Below are positions 16,925 to 24,422 of a DNA stretch of 24,422 nucleotides, piece after piece; position 1 is the stretch's first letter, and the number at the start of each line of letters is the position of its first letter. The position numbers and the translations under genes were made by a program. Origin of the DNA: an uncultured Nitrospiraceae bacterium (GTDB taxonomy: Bacteria; Hydrogenedentota; Hydrogenedentia; Hydrogenedentales; CAZLBS01); contig CAZLBS010000002.1 in the NCBI GenBank assembly GCA_964557505.1, positions 1-24,422 of the forward strand, read 5' to 3'. Under the pieces are notes generated by a model, which was not told the DNA's origin, searched no databases, and saw nothing but the letters and a program-made list of their open reading frames with translations.

Positions 16925-17863
16925 TTGAAACGTAAAGGCTTTACACTGATCGAACTGCTGGTGGTCATCGCGATCATCGGGATCCTCGCCGCGATTCTCT
17001 TGCCCGCCTTGGCCAGGGCGCGCGAGGCGGCCCGGCGCGCCAGTTGCCAAAACAACCTCAAGCAACTCGGCCTTGTGATGAAGATGTACGCAAATGAATC
17101 CAGGGGCGAAAACTTCCCCTCTCAGAAGACGCAGAACTGTCTCAATCAAATTCATAACATGGAACAAATCTTCGAGGGCTACAGCGTGTTTCCCGAATAT
17201 CTCACCGACTGGAACGTGCTGATTTGCCCGAGCGCCTCGTTCGGCGGCGATGCCCTAACCGTATTCGATGAGGGCAACACCGAAAGCTTGTGGTTTCGCG
17301 AATGGGCTGGTTCCGGCGACGGCATCATTCAGCCGTGCGAAGTGAGCGACCATCCCTACACCTACTTCGCATGGGCGGTCACCGATACGCTTCTCGATAC
17401 CCGAGAAGAACTCGAGATCTTCGAAGAGAACATCTACCGCGAATCTGCCCCGCTCGGTCTCGGACCCGCCATCCTTGCTGACCCCAGCTTGGTGAACGAC
17501 GACTGGCAGGTGGCCCCGGGGACAGGCGTCGGCGGCGGCGACAGCATCTTCCGCTTGCGCGAAGGCATCGAGCGCTTCTTCATTACCGACATCAACAATC
17601 CAGCTGCCAGCGTCGAGGCCCAATCGACCGTGCCCGTGTGGTGGGACAACATCTCCGATGAGCCGACCCATTACAATCACGTGCCCGGCGGCGCCAACGT
17701 TGCCTACCTCGACGGTCACGTCGAATTCCTCAAGTGGACTCCTTCGAACTTCTTCACCAACGAAGAAGGCGAAGACATCCCCGTCGATCCCGAATTCCCG
17801 CTCGATGGCGGCGGCCTCATCCTCCATGAAGCCACCGACCTCTTCGGAGAACTCGCCCAATAA
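16925..17863 (+). CDS. DUF1559 type IV pilin-like protein (prepilin N-terminal cleavage/methylation domain plus H-X9-DG C-terminal motif)
   Basis: KRKG|[42 protein letters not shown]; LICPS; [19 protein letters not shown] start at 16925 with SD GGGAG at 16913-16917. Confidence 0.93.
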   Translation: MKRKGFTLIELLVVIAIIGILAAILLPALARAREAARRASCQNNLKQLGLVMKMYANESRGENFPSQKTQNCLNQIHNMEQIFEGYSVFPEYLTDWNVLICPSASFGGDALTVFDEGNTESLWFREWAGSGDGIIQPCEVSDHPYTYFAWAVTDTLLDTREELEIFEENIYRESAPLGLGPAILADPSLVNDDWQVAPGTGVGGGDSIFRLREGIERFFITDINNPAASVEAQSTVPVWWDNISDEPTHYNHVPGGANVAYLDGHVEFLKWTPSNFFTNEEGEDIPVDPEFPLDGGGLILHEATDLFGELAQ

Positions 17864-17904
17864 GGCTGGTAGCATTTACATCTCTCGAAGCGAACCATAC
17901 AAGC

Positions 17905-17948
17905 CGCAGCCACGTCCGGAAACGCCGGGCGTGGCTGCGTTGTCTTCT
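17905..17948 (+). terminator. Intrinsic terminator after the DUF1559 gene
   Basis: 15-bp stem CGCAGCCACGTCCGG / CCGGGCGTGGCTGCG (one G-U), 5-nt loop, then TTGTCTTCT. Confidence 0.8.
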
Positions 17949-18102
17949 GCGTCATCGAAGCATCCTTCTGCAAAGGCGGCAGGTCTTGCAGGTCGCCCGC
18001 CATGACGCCGCCGCACCGAAGGCCTCCGTCACGGCCTTAGCGTCTCCCGGCTTTGAGGGAGACCTTCAACTGGGGGCCGTGACACAAACGAAGGGATTGT
18101 TG

Positions 18103-18251
18103 GGAGGGACGAGTTCCGTCTCCTCCGCAGGGTGTTGCCGCTCGCGCGCTGCGTCACCATACCCGGACAGCATCACGGCACGCTCCTGTCCTAATGCATC
18201 GCCCTTTAGAACGAGACGAAACTCGTCGCACGCAGATCGGCGCGTCCGATC
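18103..18251. repeat. Inverted pair of REP-like palindromes plus a third small hairpin
   Basis: GGAGGGACGAGTTCCGTCTCCTCC (18103-18126) matches the reverse complement of 18209-18232 at 18/24 positions (14/15 in the core). GATCGG-N5-CCGATC at 18235-18251. Confidence 0.55.
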
Positions 18252-18340
18252 CTAAAACTCGGGCGGATCTCCTGAACCGTGTACCACGCTCAACACCGCG
18301 GCGCATTCTCTGTGGCTTTGGCGCCTCTGCCTTGGGCCGC

Positions 18341-18898
18341 TTAACTTGTTGGATCGTTGTCCGTTTTTAGGGCGCTGTCGATCGTTTCGACGACGTGCCG
18401 CCAGGCCGTTTCGTTTGCGCCTTCACCCTCTGGCTCGAGATAGGCGGCCTTGTGCAGCAGCACTTCCCCATCGGGAGCCATAACGTAAACGTTCGGCGAA
18501 TGCCGTTCGAAGTGCAGCGTGTTCTCAAGCGTGTCGTGCTCGAAGATGAGCAGGATGTCGTAGCCGTATTGGTCGGCGCGCTTCTTCACTTTGTTGTACG
18601 CAATGCCGTGGCCAAAGGGAATGTCCGCGCGGCGGCAGTCGCCAATGGCATAGACGTCCACTTCGCCCGCGTACTTCTTCATCAGGCGCTTGGTCCATTT
18701 GGGGGCGTCGTACTGGCTGGTCTGGTCGCCGCCGACAAACACTACCGGCTTGTCGTTCGGGAAGGAGATGGTGACCTCTTCCCGGTCCTGGTTCGTCCAC
18801 GTGAAGGAATCGAACACGCGCGCCCCGGCTGCATGCGCGGCGCTCGAAAGCAGCAGCGCGGCGAGCCAGCCCGCTATGGCGCGCGCAGGCATCAGCAC
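18341..18898 (-). CDS. Secreted hypothetical protein, possibly a thioredoxin-like fold without CxxC
   Basis: Signal peptide (AIAGWLAALLLSSAAHA). FTWTNQDREEV...PVVFV and PNVYVMAPDGEV resemble redoxin strands. GTG start overlaps the upstream stop by 1 nt; ATG 18892 is an alternative. Confidence 0.65.
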   Translation of the reverse strand: MLMPARAIAGWLAALLLSSAAHAAGARVFDSFTWTNQDREEVTISFPNDKPVVFVGGDQTSQYDAPKWTKRLMKKYAGEVDVYAIGDCRRADIPFGHGIAYNKVKKRADQYGYDILLIFEHDTLENTLHFERHSPNVYVMAPDGEVLLHKAAYLEPEGEGANETAWRHVVETIDSALKTDNDPTS

Positions 18899-20214
18899 TA
18901 GGCCGTCGTCCAGGGCTCGCGCTGCTCGCGCTCCAAATAGCTGTTGGCGTCTTCATCGTCAATGAAGCGCTCGGCCTTTGGATCCCACTTCAGCGGCCGC
19001 TCGCACCAGCGCGCGATGTTGCCCAGGTGGCACAGCACGCCGCTCGAATGCCCTACCGCAATATCGGCGATGGGCGTCTCGCGCGTGCGGATGCAATGGC
19101 ACCAATTGCCCAGGTGCATTTCCGTGTCGCCCCCGCGGCGCCGCAAATTCTGGTCCTCGCTGATGTAGAGGTGCACCCCGTCTTCGGGTATCTCGCTCGT
19201 GTCCACCCCATCGCTCGCTTCCCACTTGCCGCGTTCGATGTTGATGCGGCCTCCTTCTCCTTCGAAGAGTCCGCCGCCACCGGAGCCCTTGTCATCACAC
19301 ACGATTTCCGTGCCGTCCGCATAGCGGTAGCGCACCTGACAGCGCGGCCCCATGTGAATGCCGTCTTCAGGCGGAGCCTTATCCAATTCGGGCCACACCT
19401 CGACAGGGCCGTCCCCATCTTTCCCCAGCGCCCACTGAATCTGGTCAAAGCCATGCGCGCCCCAGCCCGTCATCTCGCCGCCGCTATATGCCACATACGA
19501 TATCCACCCAGCTTCATGTCCGCGCACGCGGGGCGGGTACAGTTCCTCGTGATACCCGCGCGGCTCCGTCTGTCCGCACCACATATCCCAGTCAATATAG
19601 TCTGGCGCCTCCTGCTCCGGCAGCGGACATTCCCAAGGGCTCGGGTAATTGGCCGCATGCACCAACTGCACCTTGCCGATGCGGCCGTTCCGAACGAGTT
19701 CGCAGGCGAATCGGTTGCGGGGATCGCTGCGCTGCTGGCTGCCCAGCTGCACGATGCGTTCATGCTTCTGGGCTGCGGTCACCATCTGACGCCCTTCCTT
19801 GATCGTCAGGCTGTGCGGCTTCTCGACATAGACATCTTTCCCCGCGCGGCAGGCGTCGATGGTGTGCTTGGCATGCCAATGATCGGGCGAGGCCACGACC
19901 ACCGCGTCGATCTCATCCCACGCAAGCATCTCCCGGTAATCCTGAAAGATGCGGGCATCTTTGCCGCGGCGCTGCCACTCTTCAAGCCGGCGCATGTTCA
20001 CATCGGCAAAGCCAACGATGCGCGCCTCCCGGGGAAGATTCATGAGCTGGCCTGCACGGCGGCCACACCCGATGTAGCCGATATTCAGCCGGCTATTCGG
20101 GGCTGCGTCGCCGGCCCAGGCGGCGCGCCCTGTGAGTATGAGAGGCCCGGCAGTTGCGGCAGAGGCGAGAAACGAGCGGCGCGACACCCGGTTCCGGTGA
20201 GCATGGTTGGACAT
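18898..20214 (-). CDS. Tat-exported Gfo/Idh/MocA family NAD(P)-dependent oxidoreductase
   Basis: Twin-arginine SRRSFL, IGCGRRA, VVVASPDHWH, YVEKP, QLGSQQRS and WGAHGFD; SD AAAGGGAG. Confidence 0.93.
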   Translation of the reverse strand: MSNHAHRNRVSRRSFLASAATAGPLILTGRAAWAGDAAPNSRLNIGYIGCGRRAGQLMNLPREARIVGFADVNMRRLEEWQRRGKDARIFQDYREMLAWDEIDAVVVASPDHWHAKHTIDACRAGKDVYVEKPHSLTIKEGRQMVTAAQKHERIVQLGSQQRSDPRNRFACELVRNGRIGKVQLVHAANYPSPWECPLPEQEAPDYIDWDMWCGQTEPRGYHEELYPPRVRGHEAGWISYVAYSGGEMTGWGAHGFDQIQWALGKDGDGPVEVWPELDKAPPEDGIHMGPRCQVRYRYADGTEIVCDDKGSGGGGLFEGEGGRINIERGKWEASDGVDTSEIPEDGVHLYISEDQNLRRRGGDTEMHLGNWCHCIRTRETPIADIAVGHSSGVLCHLGNIARWCERPLKWDPKAERFIDDEDANSYLEREQREPWTTA

Positions 20215-20271
20215 CGATAGGGCTCCCTTTCATTTCGCCGCGCGAGTCCCCTTCGCACTCTGCGCGGACCG

Positions 20272-21171
20272 CTAGCGCAACTGATGCGCCAATGCGTCAT
20301 ACAAGTCGGGATAACTGAAAACGAAGCCGGAGTCAAGCAGGCGCTTGGGCACCGCGCGAATCGAGGACAACAACAAGGACTCCCCCATTTCCCCAAACGT
20401 CAGCTTGACGATCGAGGCCGGCAAGGGCACCACCGTCGGCCGCTCGAGCACAGTGCCCAGCGTCTTGGTGAAATGGCGGTTGGTCACTGGCGCCGGCGAC
20501 ACCAGGTTCAACGCACCATGAATCTCCTCGCCATGGAGAATGTGCATCATGGCATTCAACAGGTCGGTCCGGTCGATCCAACTCATGTATTGATCGCCCG
20601 AGCCAATCACGCCGCCACCGCCCAATCGGAACGGCGGCAGCAGCTTTCCGAGCGCGCCTCCCTCAGGACTCAGCACCACGCCGATGCGCATTCGGACCGT
20701 CCGCACCCCAGCATCAGCCACGCTTTCCGCCGCCGCTTCCCAGTCCTGGCAGACACGAGCGAGGAAGTCATCGCCGACGGGGCTGTCCTCATCCACGAAT
20801 TCATCGCCCCGCCCCCCGTAGTACCCGATCGCCGAGGCGCACATAAAAACCTTCGGCTTGGCCTCGAGCCCCTGAATCGTCTCGGCGAGCAATTGCGTGC
20901 TTGCGACCCGGCTTCGGTAGATCTCTTGCTTCAATTCCGACGACCAGCGCCCAGTTGCCACATTCTCGCCCGCCAGATGAATCACCGCATCCGCGTGCTC
21001 CAGCCGGCCCGCGTCGATTGTGTTTTCCTCCAGGTCATACTCGATCATGTCCGAGCCGCCCGGAGCCGTACCACGCCGGATCAAGCGCACGACCTTGTGG
21101 CCTTCAGACTGCAGGCGCTCGACGAGCGGACTCCCGATAAGACCGGTAGATCCGCTCACCAATATCCTCAT
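20272..21171 (-). CDS. TIGR01777 family NAD-dependent epimerase/SDR-like protein
   Basis: MRILVSGSTGLIG, HLAGENV, SASAIGYYG, FLARVCQDWE, RIGVVL, GSGDQYMSWI and SIRAVPKRL. Confidence 0.93.
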   Translation of the reverse strand: MRILVSGSTGLIGSPLVERLQSEGHKVVRLIRRGTAPGGSDMIEYDLEENTIDAGRLEHADAVIHLAGENVATGRWSSELKQEIYRSRVASTQLLAETIQGLEAKPKVFMCASAIGYYGGRGDEFVDEDSPVGDDFLARVCQDWEAAAESVADAGVRTVRMRIGVVLSPEGGALGKLLPPFRLGGGGVIGSGDQYMSWIDRTDLLNAMMHILHGEEIHGALNLVSPAPVTNRHFTKTLGTVLERPTVVPLPASIVKLTFGEMGESLLLSSIRAVPKRLLDSGFVFSYPDLYDALAHQLR

Positions 21172-21347
21172 CGCGGTTCCAATCTAGCGCAACTTCGTCT
21201 AGGATCGTGATGCCGTGCGGCGAGTAGCGTGTTGCGCGGCGCTACGGCCCTCATTCCTCCCGCTGGTCCCCACAAACAGGGACTACCAGCGTACTCTACC
21301 ATGCAATCTCATGGAACGAAAATCAGGGGATGGGTATGGATCGAATA

Positions 21348-21380
21348 TGTTTGCCCTTAAACAATAAGCGCGTGTACAAT
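21348..21380 (+). promoter_or_regulatory. Promoter (TTGCCC-18-TACAAT) with an overlapping inverted repeat TGTTT-N6-AAACA, a candidate MarR operator
   Basis: -35 at 21351-21356, -10 at 21375-21380; inverted repeat arms at 21348-21352 and 21359-21363. Confidence 0.55.
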
Positions 21381-21446
21381 TACAAAGAACGAGGTGAGCA
21401 GGAAGGCCGCTCCTGGGAACGGCAGCTGTCGAGGAGGATTACGCGA

Positions 21447-21980
21447 GTGAATACGGTACGGTCGATTAACGAGGAATTGGACCTCGATCAGCCCATGCAA
21501 GATGTTCGGCATGAAGCCGTACTCAACATCATTCACACAGCGGGCTACCTCGCCCAAGCGGGGGCCGCACTGTTCCGGCAGTATGGACTGACCGAGGCCC
21601 AGTTCAATGTGTTGTTCGCCCTCCACTATGCCGACCATCCGCTCACGCAAACCGAACTTGGGCGGCGGCTTGTCGTCACACGCGCGAGCATCACCTCATT
21701 GATCGACAAACTGCAGGAAAAGGGGCTCGTCGAACGGAGAGCCGTCGAAGGCAACCGGCGCATCTATCATTTGGTCCGCACGGAAGCCGGCCAAGCATTG
21801 TTCGAAAAAGTGGAGCCCGTGTACCGTGAGCGCATCCATGCCGCACTGAATCACTTAGGCAAGGATGAGCAGCACGCGCTCATCCGCATGCTGGAGCGGG
21901 TCCGCGCCGGGGTAGCAGCGCTCGAAGAATCGCACCAAACTCACGCGGGCAATCACAACGGGGTCAATGCCCTGACATAA
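21447..21980 (+). CDS. MarR family transcriptional regulator
   Basis: YGLTEAQFNVL, LTQTELGRRL, RASITSLIDKLQEKGLVER, NRRIYHLVRTEAG. GTG 21447 follows a strong SD GAGGAGG. Confidence 0.92.
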   Translation: MNTVRSINEELDLDQPMQDVRHEAVLNIIHTAGYLAQAGAALFRQYGLTEAQFNVLFALHYADHPLTQTELGRRLVVTRASITSLIDKLQEKGLVERRAVEGNRRIYHLVRTEAGQALFEKVEPVYRERIHAALNHLGKDEQHALIRMLERVRAGVAALEESHQTHAGNHNGVNALT

Positions 21981-22023
21981 CCAAGCAGCGGACGTTAACG
22001 CGTCCGGGCTGAGGAACCAACAC

Positions 22024-24422
22024 ATGGCATCGCTTGTCAACCGGCCTTTCCGGGAGGACGACCAACTGGGCTTCTGGTCCTACATCTATACGATGTTCCA
22101 GGGCTCCTTCAGCGATAACGTCTTCCGCTACGTGATTATCTTTCTGGCGACCGCGCTCTGGTATACGCAAGACGGCGCCGTCGACGAATCCGGATCCCAA
22201 ATGCTGGTCTCCGCCGGCCTCGTCATATTCAGCCTGCCCTTCATTCTCTTCGCCGGCCTCTTCGGGGCCCTGTCCGACCGCTTCAGCAAACAGCAGGTCA
22301 TGCTGTATTCGAAGTACTCCGAAGTCCTTATCATGTTGCTGGGCGCCGCTGCCCTCTATCTGCAAAACATCTACATTCTCGCCATTCTGCTCTTTTTCAT
22401 GGGCGCCCAGAGCGCCCTGTTCGGGCCAAGCAAATACGGCATCATCCCCGAGATGGTCTCCGAAAAGCGTTTGTCGGTCTCCAATGGCTACGTGCAGATG
22501 TTCACGATGGTCTCCGTCATCGCCGGCATGGCAGCCGCAGGCTGGCTATTCGAATCGCTTGGCGGCGTTGATGGCCCTCAATACCTCGGGGGCCTTTTCA
22601 TGGCCGCGCTCTCCCTAACCGGCGCGGTGACAGCGGTCTTCATCTCCCGGCCGGCCGCTGCCAATCCAGCCCGCAACATCACCATGAATCCCTTTCAAGG
22701 CATGGGCGGCTATTACAAGCAAATCTGGTCGGACCCGTGGCAATTCGTGGCGGTGTTCAATTACACCTACTTCTGGTTTGCCGCCGCGCTCATGCAACTC
22801 ATCGTCATTACCTATGGTCAAAGTACGCTCGGCCTCGATGAATTCGAGACAAGCGTCTTGACCGCAGTCCTGTCGATTGGCATCGCCTTGGGTTCCGTCC
22901 TTGCAGGATACTTGTCCCGCAACAAGATCGAAATTGGGCTGGTGCCCGTGGGCATCATGGGCATGTTCGCATGCCTTATGCTCTTGGCGGCGCCCGGCTT
23001 TGGCGTGATTCCGCCTTGGAGCGCCGTGGCGTCTGGCGTCATCCTCGCGTTCCTCGGCTTCGCCGGCGGCCTGTACGACGTGCCGCTGGCCGCAACCATT
23101 CAAAAGCGCGCCCCGCATAACACAAAGGGCGGCACCTTCGCCGCGGTGAACCTACTCACCTGGATTGGCATCTTAGGATCGGGCGCGCTCAACCTCGGAT
23201 TAGGGAGTATTGGCGTGGGAGTTTATGGCGTATTCGCAATTACGGCAGGGCTGTGCCTCATGATCGCCCTGTTCACCACCGTCTTTTACCCAATCTATCT
23301 GTTGCGCACTGGCTTGTGGATCCTGCAGAGCACGCTGTACCGCGTGCGGGTCATCGGCCGCGACAACATTCCAGAAGAAGGCCCCGTGCTCTTCGTGTCC
23401 AATCACAGTTCCCTCCTGGACACGCTCACCATTCTGGCCTCCTGCGACCGGCAGATCCGCTTTGTCATCTCGCCCGACATGCTCAACACCGGCTGGGCCA
23501 AATGGCTGGCCAAAACCTCACGGGCCATCGTGCTCGCGGAGGGCAACGCCACCACCATGCTCCAGTCGCTGCAACAGGCCAAAGACGCTCTGAGCCGGGG
23601 CGAGGCGGTCTGCGTTTTCTGCGAAGGCATGCTCGACCAGGGCGGCGAACGCCTGCATTTCGACAAGGTCTACGACCGCATACGTCACGGGCTCGACATC
23701 CCCGTTACGCCCGTGCATGTCGACCGGCTCATGGGCCGCCTCTTCATGGTGAAGAACGGCGAAGTGAAACGCATGAAAAACAAGCCGCTTCGCCACGAAC
23801 TCGTCGTCAATTACGGCGAACCCCTTCCCATCGAAACCGAACCCGTCGTCGTGCGGGCAACCGTGCAAGAGTTGAGCGCGGAAGCGGCGAAGACCAAAAA
23901 GGCCGCCATGCCCCTCATTCACCGGGCCTTCGTCAAAGCAGCGCGCAAACGCCTTGGAAAAGAAGCGCTGTCCGACGAACGCACCGGCAGCATCAATTGG
24001 TTCAAAGCGCTGGTCGGCAGCATTGCCCTCGCCCGCGCCCTCAAGAAACATATCGGCGATGACAAAATGGTCGGTCTCCTCGTGCCGCCCAGCGTCGGGG
24101 GAGCCTTGACCAACGTCGCTGTGCAGCTCATGGGCAAGACGCCGGTGAACCTCAATTACACGGCATCGGCTGCCGCGCTGAAATCCTCCGCCGAGCAATG
24201 CGAACTCAAGCACGTGCTCACGTCGACGCTCTTCCTGGAAAAGCTGCAAGCACAGCGCATGAAGGTCGACGTCCCCGCCGAGCCCATCTATTTGGAAGAC
24301 ATTCGCGAAAGCATCAAGAGTAAAGACCGCATCGTGGCCATGCTCATGGCGCTGCTCCTTCCGGTCACGCTGATCGAGAAATTGCTGGGCGCGCCCTCGG
24401 GCCGCGGACCCGGCGACCTTGC
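22024..24422 (+). CDS. aas: 3'-truncated LplT-like MFS transporter + PlsC-type acyltransferase + acyl-ACP synthetase (AMP-binding) fusion, Aas-like
   Basis: Absent from the ORF track because there is no stop in the window. ATG 22024 with SD GAGGA. The same frame gives FQGSFSDN, ALSDRFSK and LFGPSKYGIIPE (MFS), NHSSLLD at 23401 (HxxxxD acyltransferase), and VGLLVPPSVGG...VNLNYT (adenylation domain). Confidence 0.9.
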   Translation, partial: MASLVNRPFREDDQLGFWSYIYTMFQGSFSDNVFRYVIIFLATALWYTQDGAVDESGSQMLVSAGLVIFSLPFILFAGLFGALSDRFSKQQVMLYSKYSEVLIMLLGAAALYLQNIYILAILLFFMGAQSALFGPSKYGIIPEMVSEKRLSVSNGYVQMFTMVSVIAGMAAAGWLFESLGGVDGPQYLGGLFMAALSLTGAVTAVFISRPAAANPARNITMNPFQGMGGYYKQIWSDPWQFVAVFNYTYFWFAAALMQLIVITYGQSTLGLDEFETSVLTAVLSIGIALGSVLAGYLSRNKIEIGLVPVGIMGMFACLMLLAAPGFGVIPPWSAVASGVILAFLGFAGGLYDVPLAATIQKRAPHNTKGGTFAAVNLLTWIGILGSGALNLGLGSIGVGVYGVFAITAGLCLMIALFTTVFYPIYLLRTGLWILQSTLYRVRVIGRDNIPEEGPVLFVSNHSSLLDTLTILASCDRQIRFVISPDMLNTGWAKWLAKTSRAIVLAEGNATTMLQSLQQAKDALSRGEAVCVFCEGMLDQGGERLHFDKVYDRIRHGLDIPVTPVHVDRLMGRLFMVKNGEVKRMKNKPLRHELVVNYGEPLPIETEPVVVRATVQELSAEAAKTKKAAMPLIHRAFVKAARKRLGKEALSDERTGSINWFKALVGSIALARALKKHIGDDKMVGLLVPPSVGGALTNVAVQLMGKTPVNLNYTASAAALKSSAEQCELKHVLTSTLFLEKLQAQRMKVDVPAEPIYLEDIRESIKSKDRIVAMLMALLLPVTLIEKLLGAPSGRGPGDL

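Noticed and set aside
17950-18340. Possible tmRNA, RNase P, SRP, 6S RNA, tRNA or a small CDS (17986..18255)
   Set aside because: None of the diagnostic sequence motifs or cloverleaf is visible on either strand, and the ORF lacks an SD and coding-like composition.
19027-20220. Long antisense or alternate-frame ORFs (19027..20220, 1058..2107, 20284..21210, 7160..8029, 769..1710 and others)
   Set aside because: Shadow ORFs of GC-rich genes: Arg/Ala/Pro-rich, without motifs, and fully overlapping recognisable CDSs.
21225-21290. Hairpins GTAGCG/CGCTAC and GCTGG-TCCC/GGGA-CCAGC between TIGR01777 and marR
   Set aside because: Short stems expected by chance at this GC, with no U-tract and no second copy in the window. 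A REP origin cannot be supported without a genome search.
1-24422. CRISPR array, prophage, IS element, rRNA or tRNA genes
   Set aside because: No regularly spaced repeats, transposase/integrase/phage motifs or structural RNA signatures were found.

Overview
A GC-rich (roughly 60-65% in coding regions), densely coding bacterial chromosomal segment with no CRISPR array, rRNA, tRNA, integrase or transposase that I can recognise. The DUF1559 pilin-like protein ([20 protein letters not shown]...[15 protein letters not shown]) and the overall gene style suggest Candidatus Hydrogenedentota; this is an inference from memory, not a search result. I call 22 CDSs. In order: a 5'-truncated GH42-like protein, a GH78 rhamnosidase fused to an L,D-transpeptidase, a Ca2+/Na+ antiporter, DUF3500, a small membrane protein, a helical lipoprotein, an EEP phosphoesterase, a PHB-depolymerase-like esterase, a secreted hypothetical, an MBL hydrolase, a sterol desaturase, a radical-SAM-like protein lacking CxxxCxxC, a second MBL hydrolase, rsmE, ruvB, a DUF2946-like uORF, a DUF1559 pilin-like protein, a thioredoxin-fold-like protein, a Tat-exported Gfo/Idh/MocA oxidoreductase, a TIGR01777 protein, MarR, and a 3'-truncated MFS-Aas fusion that is missing from the ORF track. 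The best candidate for an undescribed system is 16313-17948. A sigma70 promoter drives a CruR/CutF-type leader ORF (TM helix, His-rich linker, CxxC, C-terminal RAPP arrest motif). It is followed by a C-rich rut-like tract and mutually exclusive hairpins, then the type IV pilin-like DUF1559 gene and a terminator. This looks like metal-sensing ribosome-stalling control of a pilin-like protein. Other highlights are the radical SAM/Twitch pseudo-enzyme, the GH78-YkuD fusion, apparently leaderless genes and a REP-like palindrome cluster. All promoter, RNA structure and start-codon calls were made by eye.
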